From: Candidatus Zixiibacteriota bacterium
GTDB taxonomy: Bacteria; Zixibacteria; MSB-5A5; UBA10806; 4484-95
Direction of reading: 5' to 3'
Assembly: GCA_037441845.1 (NCBI GenBank)
Contig: JBBIRK010000001.1
Coordinates: 401,284-465,283 of the forward strand
Length of the DNA: 64,000 bases
This document shows positions 63,463-64,000 of this stretch, piece after piece (position 1 is the stretch's first letter; every line of letters begins with the position of its first letter). The notes under the pieces were generated by a model that saw only the letters and a program-made list of their open reading frames with translations, was not told where the DNA came from and ran no database searches. The position numbers were made by a program, and so were the translations under genes.

Positions 63463-64000
63463 ATGAACAAAGGTATGTTATTTTTATGGCTGGGGCTGAG
63501 CTTGAGCCTGGCGTCGACACTCAAGGCGGATATCGTCACCCGGCCGGTCGAGTATGCGGATGGCTCGACCATTCTCGAAGGTTTTCTTGCTTACGACTCG
63601 TCTGCCGCCGGACCTCGCCCTGGCGTGTTGGTTATCCATCAATGGAAAGGAATAACCCGGTATGAAAAAGACCGGGCGGTGCAACTCGCTCGACTGGGCT
63701 ACGTAGCTCTTGCCGCCGACATCTATGGGAAAGGTATCAGGCCGGCGACGAATGAGGAGGCCGCCGCAACGGCCGGAAGATTTTACGGCGAACCGCAACT
63801 TCTGCGGGAAAGAGCCCGAAGCGGGCTACGATTTCTTAAATCATTGGCGATTGTGGACAGCATGAAAACGGCGGCTATCGGCTACTGTTTCGGCGGAAAA
63901 GCGGTTCTCGAGCTCGCCCGCAGCGGCGCCGAGCTCAAGGGAGTGGTCAGTTTTCATGGGGGGCTTGATACTCGAGATCCTGCAGACGCGAAAAATATCC
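63463..64000 (+). CDS. Dienelactone hydrolase family protein (partial, runs off the window)
   Basis: Manual translation MNKGMLFLW...PGVLVIHQWKG...LGYVALAADIYG...IGYCFGG...VSFHGGL; AAGGAG RBS. Confidence 0.9.
   Translation, partial: MNKGMLFLWLGLSLSLASTLKADIVTRPVEYADGSTILEGFLAYDSSAAGPRPGVLVIHQWKGITRYEKDRAVQLARLGYVALAADIYGKGIRPATNEEAAATAGRFYGEPQLLRERARSGLRFLKSLAIVDSMKTAAIGYCFGGKAVLELARSGAELKGVVSFHGGLDTRDPADAKNI

Overview
A 64 kb stretch of bacterial chromosome. The lineage is probably FCB-like, most resembling candidate division Zixibacteria. This is an inference from the dockerin-like domain, the 'QNYPNPFN...KKMLLLK' C-terminal sorting domains and the group II GGGP synthase. Core genes: panC, lon, rpmH-rnpA-yidD-yidC, alaS, gmhA, a transketolase-family gene and tRNA-Asp. 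Accessory content: (i) a metal-uptake operon (DUF2946-like leader with CxxC and RSPP, outer-membrane porin, SBP, permease, no ATPase); (ii) a tightly coupled alaS-GGGPS-gmhA-wzx-GT4-GT4-wcaJ operon whose flippase is frameshifted at a T9 tract; (iii) a large arsenic/organoarsenical cluster (arsR-arsP-yeeE-arsE-DGC-arsF-arsG, then arsR*-arsC-pseudo-arsC-acr3) with visible operators; (iv) an Irr/PerR-like regulator plus katG, divergent from DUF438/DUF1858 genes and sharing ICE-like boxes; (v) a decayed region next to the tRNA-Asp 3' end (internally deleted IS3 element, truncated gene, pseudogenised LVIVD paralog); (vi) an AmrB-AmrA fusion, an M23 peptidase and a 2029-aa multi-PAS hybrid kinase. 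I saw no CRISPR array, rRNA, integrase or reverse transcriptase. All family calls come from recognising motifs by eye; no database searches were run.
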